Below, in pieces: positions 1 to 9,040 of a stretch of 64,000 nucleotides of DNA. Where the stretch lies: IMG/VR virus record IMGVR_UViG_3300025859_000003. One strand, given 5' to 3'. Position 1 is the stretch's first letter; each line of letters opens with the position of its first letter. Source of the DNA: a virus (Duplodnaviria; Heunggongvirae; Uroviricota; Caudoviricetes). A model generated the notes under the pieces. The model had not been told where the DNA came from and searched no databases. It saw nothing but the letters and a program-made list of their open reading frames with translations. Made by a program: the position numbers and the translations under genes.

Positions 1-130
1 GCCCATGGCATTCGCGGCTAAGGTCGCTCCTCCCGCCGACGTTGATTTCGCAGCAGGGGCAGGAGAGGAAGCGGACGGTCCTGGTTTTGATGAGCCTCAA
101 GGTTGATTCTAACGCGAATGGAGCAGTAAT

Positions 131-637
131 ATGGCCGATGAGAACTCACCAGAAGGCAGGAGACGGATGAGATCGTTCAAGGAATACCTCAAGCAGTACA
201 ACGTCCTGAAGGACGTCTTTGGCTGTCGAGACGCCACTCCAATCATGCTGCGTGCGGAGATCCTGAACAGCGTGAGCGGTGCTCCTTCCGTAGACAGCTC
301 TGAGAACGAGATGCTGACCGAGATGGCGGCCATGCAGACCATCATCAAGAGCAGCATCGTCGACCAGGCTACCTGGACCTGGTGGATCGGTGAGAACTGT
401 CCGGACTACACCGACCGCAAGATAGAGATGTCACGTGGCGTCAACTTCGCTTCCGAGCACGGCTTCTCCTTCAGGTGCTTTGAGCGTAAGCACAATGCTC
501 ATCCTGAAAGGGAAGTGTGGGAGTGCGTCGGAGAGGGTCAGACCGTCGTCGAGGCGGTTTACAGCGCCACCGTAACTGATCAGTTCGGAGAGGAGGGCGA
601 GGCATGTCGTGGAGGAGAAAGCCCGCAACAAGGGTAG
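131..637 (+). CDS. hypothetical protein
   Basis: 168-aa ORF from track; no recognisable motif; 3' end overlaps next gene by 34 nt. Confidence 0.45.
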   Translation: MADENSPEGRRRMRSFKEYLKQYNVLKDVFGCRDATPIMLRAEILNSVSGAPSVDSSENEMLTEMAAMQTIIKSSIVDQATWTWWIGENCPDYTDRKIEMSRGVNFASEHGFSFRCFERKHNAHPEREVWECVGEGQTVVEAVYSATVTDQFGEEGEACRGGESPQQG

Positions 638-1017
638 AGCCTGGAAAGGTCTACGACGAAGTTCTCGGTGAAGAAGTGCCGACAGTCCTTCCAGTGGACC
701 CCGCAGCCAAAGAGATAACGACTTTCATCCTTCAGTCAGTGGCAGTCGAACACAACGTCCCGATTCACGCAATTCTCGGGAACCGCAGAAACAAGTCTAC
801 AGTAACGGCCAGGCACGCCGCGGTGTACCTGGTCTACTCGTGGACAGCTCTGTCACTGGTATCCATAGGCAAGATTTTCGGCAGGGACCATTCCACCATC
901 CACTCGACGCTGGATAAGATGGAGGCGGCAATGGAGCAGAAGATCACGGAGCAGATCGACAAGATGCTCGTGGTCGAAAGCAAGTTGATCGAGAAGTATC
1001 GAAAGCCCAAGGAGTAG
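604..1017 (+). CDS. DnaA C-terminal (domain IV)-like HTH DNA-binding protein
   Basis: RBS GGAGAGGAGG upstream of ATG; segment ARHAAVYLVYSWTALSLVSIGKIFGRDHSTIHSTLDKM matches DnaA domain IV signature (R..AMYL...T..Sl..IG..FGgRDHTTV.hA..K); no AAA+ domain present. Confidence 0.65.
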   Translation: MSWRRKPATRVEPGKVYDEVLGEEVPTVLPVDPAAKEITTFILQSVAVEHNVPIHAILGNRRNKSTVTARHAAVYLVYSWTALSLVSIGKIFGRDHSTIHSTLDKMEAAMEQKITEQIDKMLVVESKLIEKYRKPKE

Positions 1018-1019
1018 TT

Positions 1020-1853
1020 ATGACTGTAGCTGCTGGTGCTGACGAGCCCAATCCCAAAGAACTGAAGGCTACTACCGGGAACACTTCAGGCATCAGCGGG
1101 AACATCACCATCAATGGCGCCGGAGGAGCTTACCAGACGCACTTCGGTCCTTACTACCCAGGCGGTGTGGGCATTGGTTGGCCTGGCCACTGGCCGCCGC
1201 AGACGCCTGTCTTTCCGCCCCAGATTGGGCCCATCATTGGTCCTGGTATCTTGTTCCCTCCGGCGTCACCAACTGTCCTTCCTCCCAAGATCGAGCCCGT
1301 GGATTTCACAGGGACCGAGTTCTTCAAGGACTGGATGGAGCTTGTTGCGCGGTTCAAGGCCAGGGAGGAGTTGAAGGAGAAGGAAGAAGCAATGAAGGCA
1401 GAAACAGAGGTTTACAAGATCGCAGACAAGGACGAAACAGAAGAAGAGAAGAGACCGAGCTTCACCGAACAGATCATCTTCCTGTTCACCTGTCTGTACG
1501 AGATGTTCAAGCCGTTGGTGGTGTGGCCGGCGAAAGCAACCGTGGCTGTGGCCAAGTTGCCCGTGAAGGCCACCAAGCTCGCGGTACGTACAACCAAGCA
1601 CGTGGCGCTGGTAATGATGCCGCCGTCGCTGTTCGCAACTGCAGTGATAATGACCATCACAGGTCCACGGTGGATCAAGTGGTGCTGTGACGTAGGTGGA
1701 TGGCCGTACCTTCCACCTGGGCAAGGAGAGTGGTCCGGGTTCTACATCGGTGCAGTATTGTCGATCCTGGCCACAGGTATCTTTCTGATCTACCACGTGT
1801 TCCACCGCATTATGGAGAGCAGGTGGTGGTGGCCCACCCCCAAGAAGGACTAG
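1020..1853 (+). CDS. Pro/Gly-rich protein with C-terminal transmembrane segments
   Basis: 277-aa ORF; RBS GGAGTAG before ATG; PGxxG-rich N-half, acidic coiled segment, two hydrophobic helices near C-terminus. Confidence 0.5.
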   Translation: MTVAAGADEPNPKELKATTGNTSGISGNITINGAGGAYQTHFGPYYPGGVGIGWPGHWPPQTPVFPPQIGPIIGPGILFPPASPTVLPPKIEPVDFTGTEFFKDWMELVARFKAREELKEKEEAMKAETEVYKIADKDETEEEKRPSFTEQIIFLFTCLYEMFKPLVVWPAKATVAVAKLPVKATKLAVRTTKHVALVMMPPSLFATAVIMTITGPRWIKWCCDVGGWPYLPPGQGEWSGFYIGAVLSILATGIFLIYHVFHRIMESRWWWPTPKKD

Positions 1854-1856
1854 TTC

Positions 1857-3261
1857 ATGGAGCTGACGGACGACCGCCGCATCGCGGCTGGCGTTCTGTA
1901 CTCCACCATCTTTCACCTGATGAAGCGTAATCCCACGGCCTTCGTGGCGAGCGGCGACATCAACAAGCTCAAAAAACTGGCGGAACAGAACGCCCTGAAG
2001 TACGAGCAGGAGCTCACTCAGGGTGAGCGTGAATACATTCTCCGGCTGGCCACCAAGATGGGTGAGACCATGGCCGAGAAAGCGAGGTTAGTTGGACAAC
2101 TCCAAGATCATTCAGGGCTTGGATCTGGCATCCCCGAACATGAACGAGCTGGGTCTCCTGGAGCTACAAAGAGTTCAGCAGATGACGTACTACCAGGAGC
2201 TCACGAATCGGATGCAGAAGAAGGCCCGGAACATGTTTCTCCCGACGATGTACGTGGACACGGAGGGGGAGTTCGACCAGGAGATCCTGGAGAAGCTGGG
2301 CCTCAAGAGGGAGCCGGATCCGGGGATGCACGACGTCAGGGAGCTTATGACCCTGACCGGGCGCTACACTCCTGCCTTACCGAGCTGTATAGGCTTTCCG
2401 AAGTTCAACTCAAGTTCATTACCGAAGTCATCGATCGAATCAACTCATTCAACTCTCAATGAAGAAGGAACGGAGATCATGCACTCTCCTGCGATGTTTC
2501 GAAAGTTTGCCGTGAACGTGCGGCCGGCCACACATCAGGACAAGGAGAAGCTCTACTCGACGATAACTGACAGCTATCCCGAGTATAAAAAGGGGGAGGC
2601 AGACCCTGGTGTCAACCAAGTGCCGTTGTCGGGGGACTGGAGCGGCGCACACCTCCCCCTTGACACCTTGATGCCTCTGTTGGTGTTTGAGTTTGTGGGT
2701 GACCTCAAAGAAGCGTCTCTGATTCTGATGGGGACCACATCGACCAACAACATGGCTCAGAAGAACGCGAAATTCGCCTTCCAGTTCTTCCACCTTCACA
2801 AATCGCACTACGGACAGCCCTTGACTTGTCCCGTGCTCAGTAGATACGACAGCCAGCTGAGCCACATCAAAAACGACTTGCGTCGCGCTCTTCACGCCCG
2901 TGATCCTGAAAACAACAACTTCTCTCAGTGGTACGTGAAATGGGACAAAGTGGTCGAGGCGTTCGCCGATAAAGGCCTGGAGGGCATCTACCCGACCAAG
3001 AAAGAAATGGACATGTTCAGGAGGCGGGTCAAGCCGTTATCCTCGGAGCAGCCTTTCAGGTCTTGCCAGGTTTTGGTCGGCTACTTGTTCGCCGAGATGT
3101 TCCTGATGAACAAAGATCGCGGTTTCTGGCCTAAGGATGTGAACACCCTGGTTTACCATAAGCTGTTCAAGGCCCTTGTTGGCCATCGGTTTATGGTCGG
3201 TCATGCTCAGCAGGAAGACTGGTGGGCCTACCCTTCGGTTGGGGAACTTGTCTTCGTCTAG
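1857..3261 (+). CDS. hypothetical protein, reading frame interrupted by apparent +1 shift near 2088-2096
   Basis: Frame of 1857 ORF is protein-like for ~78 codons then becomes G/P/R-rich junk to 2462; frame +1 (track ORF 2092..3261, TTG start directly after in-frame TAG 2089-2091) is protein-like for 389 codons; no stop separates a sensible gene 1 from gene 2. Confidence 0.4.
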
Positions 3262-3270
3262 GAAGTACCC

Positions 3271-3912
3271 ATGTCTGAAACCAACTCTCGTCTGGCCACC
3301 GACCAGCTACCCCTCGTGCTCAGGAAGGTGGCCAGCGAGATGGAGTCAATCGTCTTCGGCATGGCCGAAGACAACTGTGTGGCGCCGGTACTTGTGCTGG
3401 CGAACGACCTGGGCGATGCCCAGGTCTTTTTACTCCGGGACGTTTGTGACACGGATAGGGAGCAGCATCTTCGTGAGTGTGTTCAGGAGTACAAAAAAGA
3501 TCATCGTTTGGTGGCCTTGTGTGTAGCTGTAGAAGCGTGGATGTGTGACGAGATCAGCTTCCGGGAGTACATGAATCTGGACATACAGGCGGCGATAGAG
3601 CACCTGGTCGCAACAGGAGTAGACGAGGAGGCAGCTCCGGCCATCGCCAGCCACGTCATACAGGACCTGATCATGAGCACCGCACACATGTACCATTCGC
3701 TGTACGGCGACTTGTCGTTGTTCCCGGCCTCCTACGAGGGTATCCCCTTGCGAATGGAGTCGATCTGGGGAGTGCATCAGCGCAGGGCCAAGATCATTCG
3801 AGGGATAGACGATATGCGGCTTGAGTTTGATGACGGCTGGCGAATCCTCGCTGAGCCAGGCGGTCCAGGTTCGTACACGGATCTACTGCAGCTAGAGCCG
3901 CCAACCTCCTAA
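3271..3912 (+). CDS. hypothetical protein
   Basis: 213-aa ORF; RBS AGGAAG upstream. Confidence 0.5.
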   Translation: MSETNSRLATDQLPLVLRKVASEMESIVFGMAEDNCVAPVLVLANDLGDAQVFLLRDVCDTDREQHLRECVQEYKKDHRLVALCVAVEAWMCDEISFREYMNLDIQAAIEHLVATGVDEEAAPAIASHVIQDLIMSTAHMYHSLYGDLSLFPASYEGIPLRMESIWGVHQRRAKIIRGIDDMRLEFDDGWRILAEPGGPGSYTDLLQLEPPTS

Positions 3913-3922
3913 GAGGACAATC

Positions 3923-4336
3923 ATGTCAATCATTCATCCGAAGTCCCTGTACAAGGGACCGAGTGCCCCGTTGCTTCAGGAGGCGAGGCACCAGTACGAT
4001 TATTTCGATGGCTTTGTGGAGCCGTGGACAGAGCGTGACGTGGCCTTGGCCGAGCCTGACTCCATGACAGGCATAAAAGCTCCCATCGTAATCCTGGTTC
4101 ATAAGAATAAGCGTTACCGGTACCGGCAGGGAACGTACCTGACCCCGGAGGATAGGATCCGGGTAGCCTCGACCAGGGCACTTTCTGCTGTGAGCGATTC
4201 TGGCGCCCCGCCTAATTTCTTCATCTGTGCGGTTTCAGCGGCGATCTGCCGGCTGAAAGGTTACGGCGAGAGCACCTGGGGCCGGGATTGGGGTCTGGGC
4301 GGGATCGATATGGACGTGCTCACCAGGTCGGGATAG
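3923..4336 (+). CDS. hypothetical protein
   Basis: 137-aa ORF; RBS AGAGGA upstream. Confidence 0.5.
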   Translation: MSIIHPKSLYKGPSAPLLQEARHQYDYFDGFVEPWTERDVALAEPDSMTGIKAPIVILVHKNKRYRYRQGTYLTPEDRIRVASTRALSAVSDSGAPPNFFICAVSAAICRLKGYGESTWGRDWGLGGIDMDVLTRSG

Positions 4337-4366
4337 ACTGAAAGCATCAAAGAAGGAGGACGAACG

Positions 4367-4690
4367 ATGGCTGTTTTTGAACGCGATTACATGCGGTACG
4401 CCAGTGGCCTGCAGGAATTGTATCCCGCTCCGAAACCTGAACCTTCGAAAGTACGGTCCGGGAATTCAGCAGAAGTGGTCCTTCGAGGTCACAGCGGAAG
4501 CGGAGAGGTTACACCGAAAGCCAAAGTGATCTCTCCCAAGAAGTTCAGTACCAGGAAAGATCCCCTGATCAGCGGAGCTGGGAATCACGAATACTCGGTG
4601 ACCGACATCTTCTCCAGGTTCTTCTGGTGGTCCTTCTTCGGCGCCATTTTTCTTTGTTTGACTCTGTGGTTGGTCATTTCGATTGCATAA
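4367..4690 (+). CDS. hypothetical protein with C-terminal transmembrane helix
   Basis: 107-aa ORF; RBS GAAGGAGGA; hydrophobic C-terminus FFWWSFFGAIFLCLTLWLVISIA. Confidence 0.5.
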   Translation: MAVFERDYMRYASGLQELYPAPKPEPSKVRSGNSAEVVLRGHSGSGEVTPKAKVISPKKFSTRKDPLISGAGNHEYSVTDIFSRFFWWSFFGAIFLCLTLWLVISIA

Positions 4691-4700
4691 GGAGGACGCC

Positions 4701-4808
4701 ATGCCCTGGGAACAACTCGCCTTCTGGATGACCGTGGTCTTCTTCAGAAAGATGGAGCTGATCCTGAGGGGTGAGGTCTCAGTGGAGTATTGGTGGAACT
4801 TGCCGTTA
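4701..4808 (+). CDS. small hydrophobic peptide (35 aa)
   Basis: Not in track (<60 aa); strong RBS AAGGAGGACGCC then ATG at 4701; MPWEQLAFWMTVVFFRKMELILRGEVSVEYWWNLPL. Confidence 0.3.
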
Positions 4809-4852
4809 GTCAAACCGATTCAAATCGTCAACTCCTAAAGAAGGGAGGCATT

Positions 4853-5422
4853 GTGGCTGTAGTGAAGAAGAAAGTGCCGGACAAGAAGAAGGTTGAGTTG
4901 GTAGAGAAGTTCAGCAGTGGTCCAACTTACAAAGGACCGCGGGTCGAGGTAGTATTTCCCTGGGCCTACGTCGAATACACGATCATCATCGAGCCCTGGA
5001 AGCAGAAAGACATCGACGCTCGCGACACCGTGAAGACCGGCACACCGTTATTCGTCGTGACACGACTCGATGGCGATGGGTACCCCTACCGTTCTACCGG
5101 GTACGCACTGTTGAAGACCACGATCAGGGAGTATTCCATCCGCGAAGGTCGCCACGGCTGGAGAGAGCCTGATCTCACCAGCATAGGTAATGTTGTGGCT
5201 CAGATATGGGTGTGCGCAACCGTTCCAGATCATCCGCTTGTGATGAGAGACCTGGCGAGACGAACCAAGTCATCCCAGTACGAGAAGGTGCGGGAGGCAC
5301 TGAAACAGCGGTTCCATATCTTCGGCGGGGTAGGCGAGTGGTGGCGCTCCGGCCGGATGAAAGAGCTCAAGATCTTCGACGGCGAACCGGTCAAAGCCAA
5401 GAGGAGGAAAAAGTGGGTGTAG
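4853..5422 (+). CDS. hypothetical protein
   Basis: Track ORF 4790..5422; probable GTG start at 4853 preceded by GGGAGG. Confidence 0.5.
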   Translation: MAVVKKKVPDKKKVELVEKFSSGPTYKGPRVEVVFPWAYVEYTIIIEPWKQKDIDARDTVKTGTPLFVVTRLDGDGYPYRSTGYALLKTTIREYSIREGRHGWREPDLTSIGNVVAQIWVCATVPDHPLVMRDLARRTKSSQYEKVREALKQRFHIFGGVGEWWRSGRMKELKIFDGEPVKAKRRKKWV

Positions 5423-5907
5423 CTGAACCGCACATCGAGTATCGGAGCTACAAAGGTCCACCACGGATTATCACCCTCCCCTACTTCAAAATCAGTGACC
5501 TCCCACCTATGGAAGGACTTCAGGTGGAGATCCGAGAGTGGACTTCAGAGGACACAGACCATGTGAAACGGGCTGGGTGGTACGACCACAAGATTCATCC
5601 GTTACTGGTCGTCAAGGGACACGACTATCCCAGCGGGGGCAGCTACCGGATGTTCGTTTACCAGGGGGGTCTCAAAGCTTCGGGGGACCTTAATACGTCC
5701 GCTGACCCGTACTACATCCAGTGGGTGGTCGGGACTTCCTGGCTGTCTATCTGGAACCCGGACACTCCCCCTAGCCGCGGTATACAGGGCTGGCTGAGGG
5801 AGATAAGGATTGACCTCAATCTGATGCGTTCGATACTGGGCGCACTTCCTGAAGAATGGTGGACCTTCCGATCCGTCAGTGAACTGAAGATCGTTTCGAG
5901 GTTGTGA
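5413..5907 (+). CDS. hypothetical protein
   Basis: Track ORF 5206..5907; GTG at 5413 preceded by AGAGGAGGAAAAA and overlapping stop of previous gene; upstream part of track ORF probably non-coding. Confidence 0.5.
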   Translation: MGVAEPHIEYRSYKGPPRIITLPYFKISDLPPMEGLQVEIREWTSEDTDHVKRAGWYDHKIHPLLVVKGHDYPSGGSYRMFVYQGGLKASGDLNTSADPYYIQWVVGTSWLSIWNPDTPPSRGIQGWLREIRIDLNLMRSILGALPEEWWTFRSVSELKIVSRL

Positions 5908-6293
5908 TGACCGATCCCTCGCCCAAGAAGAGAAAGAAGTGGAAGGGCGGGAAGAAGAACCTCAAGGCCAACCGCTGGAGAAAGCAGGGACGTGCCTGCG
6001 CGTACTGCAAACGTCCAATGCCACTGGCTCACGCCACTCTTGATCACGTGTTTCCGCGGTCGAAGTCCAAGCATGAGAACCCTGACCGGGACGATAATCT
6101 CATCGTGGCTTGCTTCTTCTGCAACAACACACGCGGAGACATGGAGTTCGTCGCTTTCCTGAAGTTGATTGAACAGCTGAAGGCGGACAACAAGCTCGGC
6201 CCAACTTGGCACCTGAACAAGACAAAGTTACGAAAGACCTTGGGCTTAGCGAAACGTTTGGCCGATATGAGGTATCGACCTTTTCCGCACTGA
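5904..6293 (+). CDS. HNH endonuclease
   Basis: CAYCKRP...LDHVFPRSK...N...ACFFCNNTRGD: paired Cys plus His/Asn spacing of HNH nucleases; GTGA overlap with upstream gene. Confidence 0.8.
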   Translation: MMTDPSPKKRKKWKGGKKNLKANRWRKQGRACAYCKRPMPLAHATLDHVFPRSKSKHENPDRDDNLIVACFFCNNTRGDMEFVAFLKLIEQLKADNKLGPTWHLNKTKLRKTLGLAKRLADMRYRPFPH

Positions 6294-6294
6294 T

Positions 6295-6313
6295 GGCTAC
6301 AGAGTCTGCGACC
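6295..6313. repeat. degenerate copy of 21-bp palindrome (GGCTACAGAGTCTGCGACC)
   Basis: matches TGGCYGCAGAGTCTGCRGCCA family seen 10 more times. Confidence 0.6.
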
Positions 6314-6323
6314 ACAGCAGAAG

Positions 6324-6367
6324 GGCACCCTCGTCAGGAATCGAGGGTGCCCTAAGTCTGCTTTTTT
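6324..6367 (+). terminator. intrinsic terminator
   Basis: GGGCACCCTCG-loop-CGAGGGTGCCC hairpin followed by TGCTTTTTTA. Confidence 0.7.
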
Positions 6368-6414
6368 ACGGCCTAAGCAGATGTAGCCTTTTCTATTAGA
6401 AATGGAGGTTGTTC

Positions 6415-6876
6415 GTGTCTAACAAGAAAGAAGCCCCCGCCCCGGAGGGGGAACCGAAAGCCAAGCTTCCCCCCGATGTCGAGCAGTTCATCAACGACGA
6501 GATCAGCTATCTGCGGAAGATGGGCCTGGCCGGCGATCTTGAGGTCATGGCGGAGAGGGCGATGGAGCGCCTGAACCGCAAACATGAAGAGCTCAGGGAC
6601 CTCGAATCCGAGCTCGACATCGTTGAGTACGACATCAAGCAGAAGGACAAGGTCATTGACGAGTGGTGCAAGCCCCACCGCAAGATCCTGAGCCGGCTGC
6701 TGGTACTGGTCTTCAAGATCCGCAAGCCCTTCGACAAGTACTACGACGAGTTCGAAGAGCTGAAGAAAAAGAAGACCATCCTGGAGGCTCGTCGGGGAGC
6801 CCTTCTCGATGAGATTGATTCCGAAACCGATCTGGCCAAACGCGCAGCTGCGTGCCGCCGGGCAATGACCAGGTAG
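6415..6876 (+). CDS. coiled-coil protein
   Basis: Track ORF 6409..6876; GTG 6415 preceded by GGAGG; charged heptad-like sequence. Confidence 0.5.
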   Translation: MSNKKEAPAPEGEPKAKLPPDVEQFINDEISYLRKMGLAGDLEVMAERAMERLNRKHEELRDLESELDIVEYDIKQKDKVIDEWCKPHRKILSRLLVLVFKIRKPFDKYYDEFEELKKKKTILEARRGALLDEIDSETDLAKRAAACRRAMTR

Positions 6877-6886
6877 GAGAACAATC

Positions 6887-7702
6887 ATGGGTCGTTTGAC
6901 TGTCCACGTTCCTTTCAACGTGGGAGACCTTGTATTTGCTGCTGGTGTTGATGAACACCAGTACACCTGTGAGTGCGCGATGTGCAGCGGGTACGGCACC
7001 CTCAAAATACCGGAGGGCACGAAAGTCATAGGGGCCGAGGAAGAGGAAGGAGACTGGCTCGCAGACGACGAGGCAGAGTGCCCTGCTTGCGAAGGCTACG
7101 GCTCAGATGACGAGGAGGTTGAGATCCTGTTCCCGTGCCTGGTTGGCCGAATCTCGCGCATCACAGCTGACGTAACCGCGGATCTCGACGAAGAGAGTCC
7201 CGACGAGTACGAAGAGGTAATGGTAGGCATCCGTCACCTTGCCGTCGCTAACCTTGACGGAGAGTCCGAGATGTCGATGACCGAACAGATGATTCGGTTC
7301 TACCACGCACTCAAGGCCGGCGAGATCATGGACTTCAACACCGTGGTCAAAGGATCACCCACCACGGTGAGGGTGGACCGCATTCACAAGACCTACAAGC
7401 AGCTGTGTGAATACGTCTTGAAGGAGAACCTGGAAACCTTCAAGAAGATCCACGAGGATCTGACCAACCAGGAATACGAGATTCCGACCGTGGACCGGAT
7501 GGGCGCCATCCACGTCTGCAACGAAATCGTGGCCATCCAGGACATGATCCTGGGCATCTACCCGGAGCTCGCAAAGCTCACCCCCGGCTACAAGGCCAAA
7601 GGCAAGAAGACCAACAAGAAGACCGAAGGGAAGACGGAGAAGAAGCCGAACGAGGCCCTCATGGCTCTGTCTTCTGTAGAGGTCGAGGAGGCACTGTTTT
7701 GA
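6887..7702 (+). CDS. DnaJ-type CxxCxGxG zinc-finger protein, paralogue 1
   Basis: RBS AGGAGAACAATC; N-terminal CAMCSGYG ... CPACEGYG. Confidence 0.6.
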   Translation: MGRLTVHVPFNVGDLVFAAGVDEHQYTCECAMCSGYGTLKIPEGTKVIGAEEEEGDWLADDEAECPACEGYGSDDEEVEILFPCLVGRISRITADVTADLDEESPDEYEEVMVGIRHLAVANLDGESEMSMTEQMIRFYHALKAGEIMDFNTVVKGSPTTVRVDRIHKTYKQLCEYVLKENLETFKKIHEDLTNQEYEIPTVDRMGAIHVCNEIVAIQDMILGIYPELAKLTPGYKAKGKKTNKKTEGKTEKKPNEALMALSSVEVEEALF

Positions 7703-8280
7703 ACATCCAAGACGTCAAGCCAGGCGATCGGGTCTGGCTGATTCGAAAAGGCCTGTCAGTTGGGATCAAGCTGGTATGTCCTGATTGTCGTGGTGTAGGG
7801 TTCGCGGGAGACATCATGATCCCCTGCAACACCTGCGATGGCTATGAGTACATCCGCAAAGAGGTTCCCACCTTCGAGGTCGTTGGCGCTGTGAAGGTGC
7901 GCTCGGTGACGCACACCGGTGAACATGACGACCCGGTCGTCGAGATTCTGAGGCCGCCGCTCTTCCTGTTGGATGCCTACGGGAACAACGTGATCGAGAT
8001 GTGCAAGGATTACTGGGACGACTTCGAGAAGGGCAGGTCCCACGCAGGAGCCTACCCGCAGACAATCCGAGACCTCAGCCATCTGACGCTCACCTACGAA
8101 GAGGCCATCGAGCGTGCCAACGAGCTGACCAACTACCACATTCAGGACGCCTGTGACCAGGAGAAGACCGTACTCTATGACCGCCCGGAAGATGTATTCA
8201 GGCAGACGGCCGTTGGTCAGGCCCAGGCAGACACGGTTGAGATCTTCAAGGAAACAGCGATCGAAGAAGCCCTTTGTTAG
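7699..8280 (+). CDS. DnaJ-type CxxCxGxG zinc-finger protein, paralogue 2
   Basis: TTGA overlap start; GAGGAGG upstream; CPDCRGVG ... CNTCDGYE. Confidence 0.55.
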   Translation: MNIQDVKPGDRVWLIRKGLSVGIKLVCPDCRGVGFAGDIMIPCNTCDGYEYIRKEVPTFEVVGAVKVRSVTHTGEHDDPVVEILRPPLFLLDAYGNNVIEMCKDYWDDFEKGRSHAGAYPQTIRDLSHLTLTYEEAIERANELTNYHIQDACDQEKTVLYDRPEDVFRQTAVGQAQADTVEIFKETAIEEALC

Positions 8281-8290
8281 GAGAAAGGTG

Positions 8291-9031
8291 ATGTCAATAC
8301 GTGGAAGGCGGAGAAACTCCGACCATCAGAGATACACCTCGTACTTCATGAAGCAGCACGTTCACATGATCGCTCCTCGGACAAAGAGCGTGTCGATCGA
8401 CTGCAACACCTGTCACGGCACGGGCACGGATGGGTACTTCCAGCCGTGCTCCGAGTGTGACGGTGACGGCAAGAAGACCTACAACCTCACCCTGTACGAG
8501 TATGTCGGTGACGTGGAGATCGCCGGCTGCTCGGTCACCGCGGGAGGGAAGACCTACAGCGTTCGCTACTTCGATCTGTTCCACATTCCAGAGATGGTTC
8601 GAGCAGAGGAGTCGAAGCGGCGTTGGGATGCCATTGATGTAGGCCGCCGGCCTATGTCCGACGCCAACTGGTCCAGCAACATACCTGAGGACTGTCTGTT
8701 CTCATCCATCGGTCTCGCAATGGACGTCGCTTACGAGAACAACCTGGACATCCTCCAGGGTTTCACCAAGACGCAGGCGTTGGCCATACTCAAGTTGTTC
8801 GACGAGCATGAATCGTCAACCGCTACTCCATCGGTTGACTCTTCTGGCGCCTTGGTTCCGAAGGAGCTGCTGAGTGATCCTCCGGAGACGGTGGAGATGA
8901 CGCTGGGTGAATACCCGATGCTCACGTTTGAAACCTACTCACAGTCGATGCAAGGCAATGACCGCATCGTTACCGAGTCTGACTTCCGCAAGCGGCACGC
9001 TGACGTGAAGATCGAGACCGCTTTGACCTGA
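8291..9031 (+). CDS. DnaJ-type CxxCxGxG zinc-finger protein, paralogue 3
   Basis: Track ORF 8153..9031; ATG 8291 preceded by GGAGAAAGG and directly after previous stop; CNTCHGTG ... CSECDGDG. Confidence 0.55.
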   Translation: MSIRGRRRNSDHQRYTSYFMKQHVHMIAPRTKSVSIDCNTCHGTGTDGYFQPCSECDGDGKKTYNLTLYEYVGDVEIAGCSVTAGGKTYSVRYFDLFHIPEMVRAEESKRRWDAIDVGRRPMSDANWSSNIPEDCLFSSIGLAMDVAYENNLDILQGFTKTQALAILKLFDEHESSTATPSVDSSGALVPKELLSDPPETVEMTLGEYPMLTFETYSQSMQGNDRIVTESDFRKRHADVKIETALT

Positions 9032-9040
9032 GGAGAGAAC

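Noticed and set aside
1114-1916. Cluster of overlapping track ORFs (1114..1374, 1154..1357, 1178..1690, 1266..1916, 1412..1678) inside and antisense to the 1020..1853 gene
   Set aside because: Arg/Gly/Pro/Ser-rich out-of-frame or antisense translations typical of GC-rich DNA, with no RBS; 1020..1853 has an RBS and coherent hydrophobic and charged domains.
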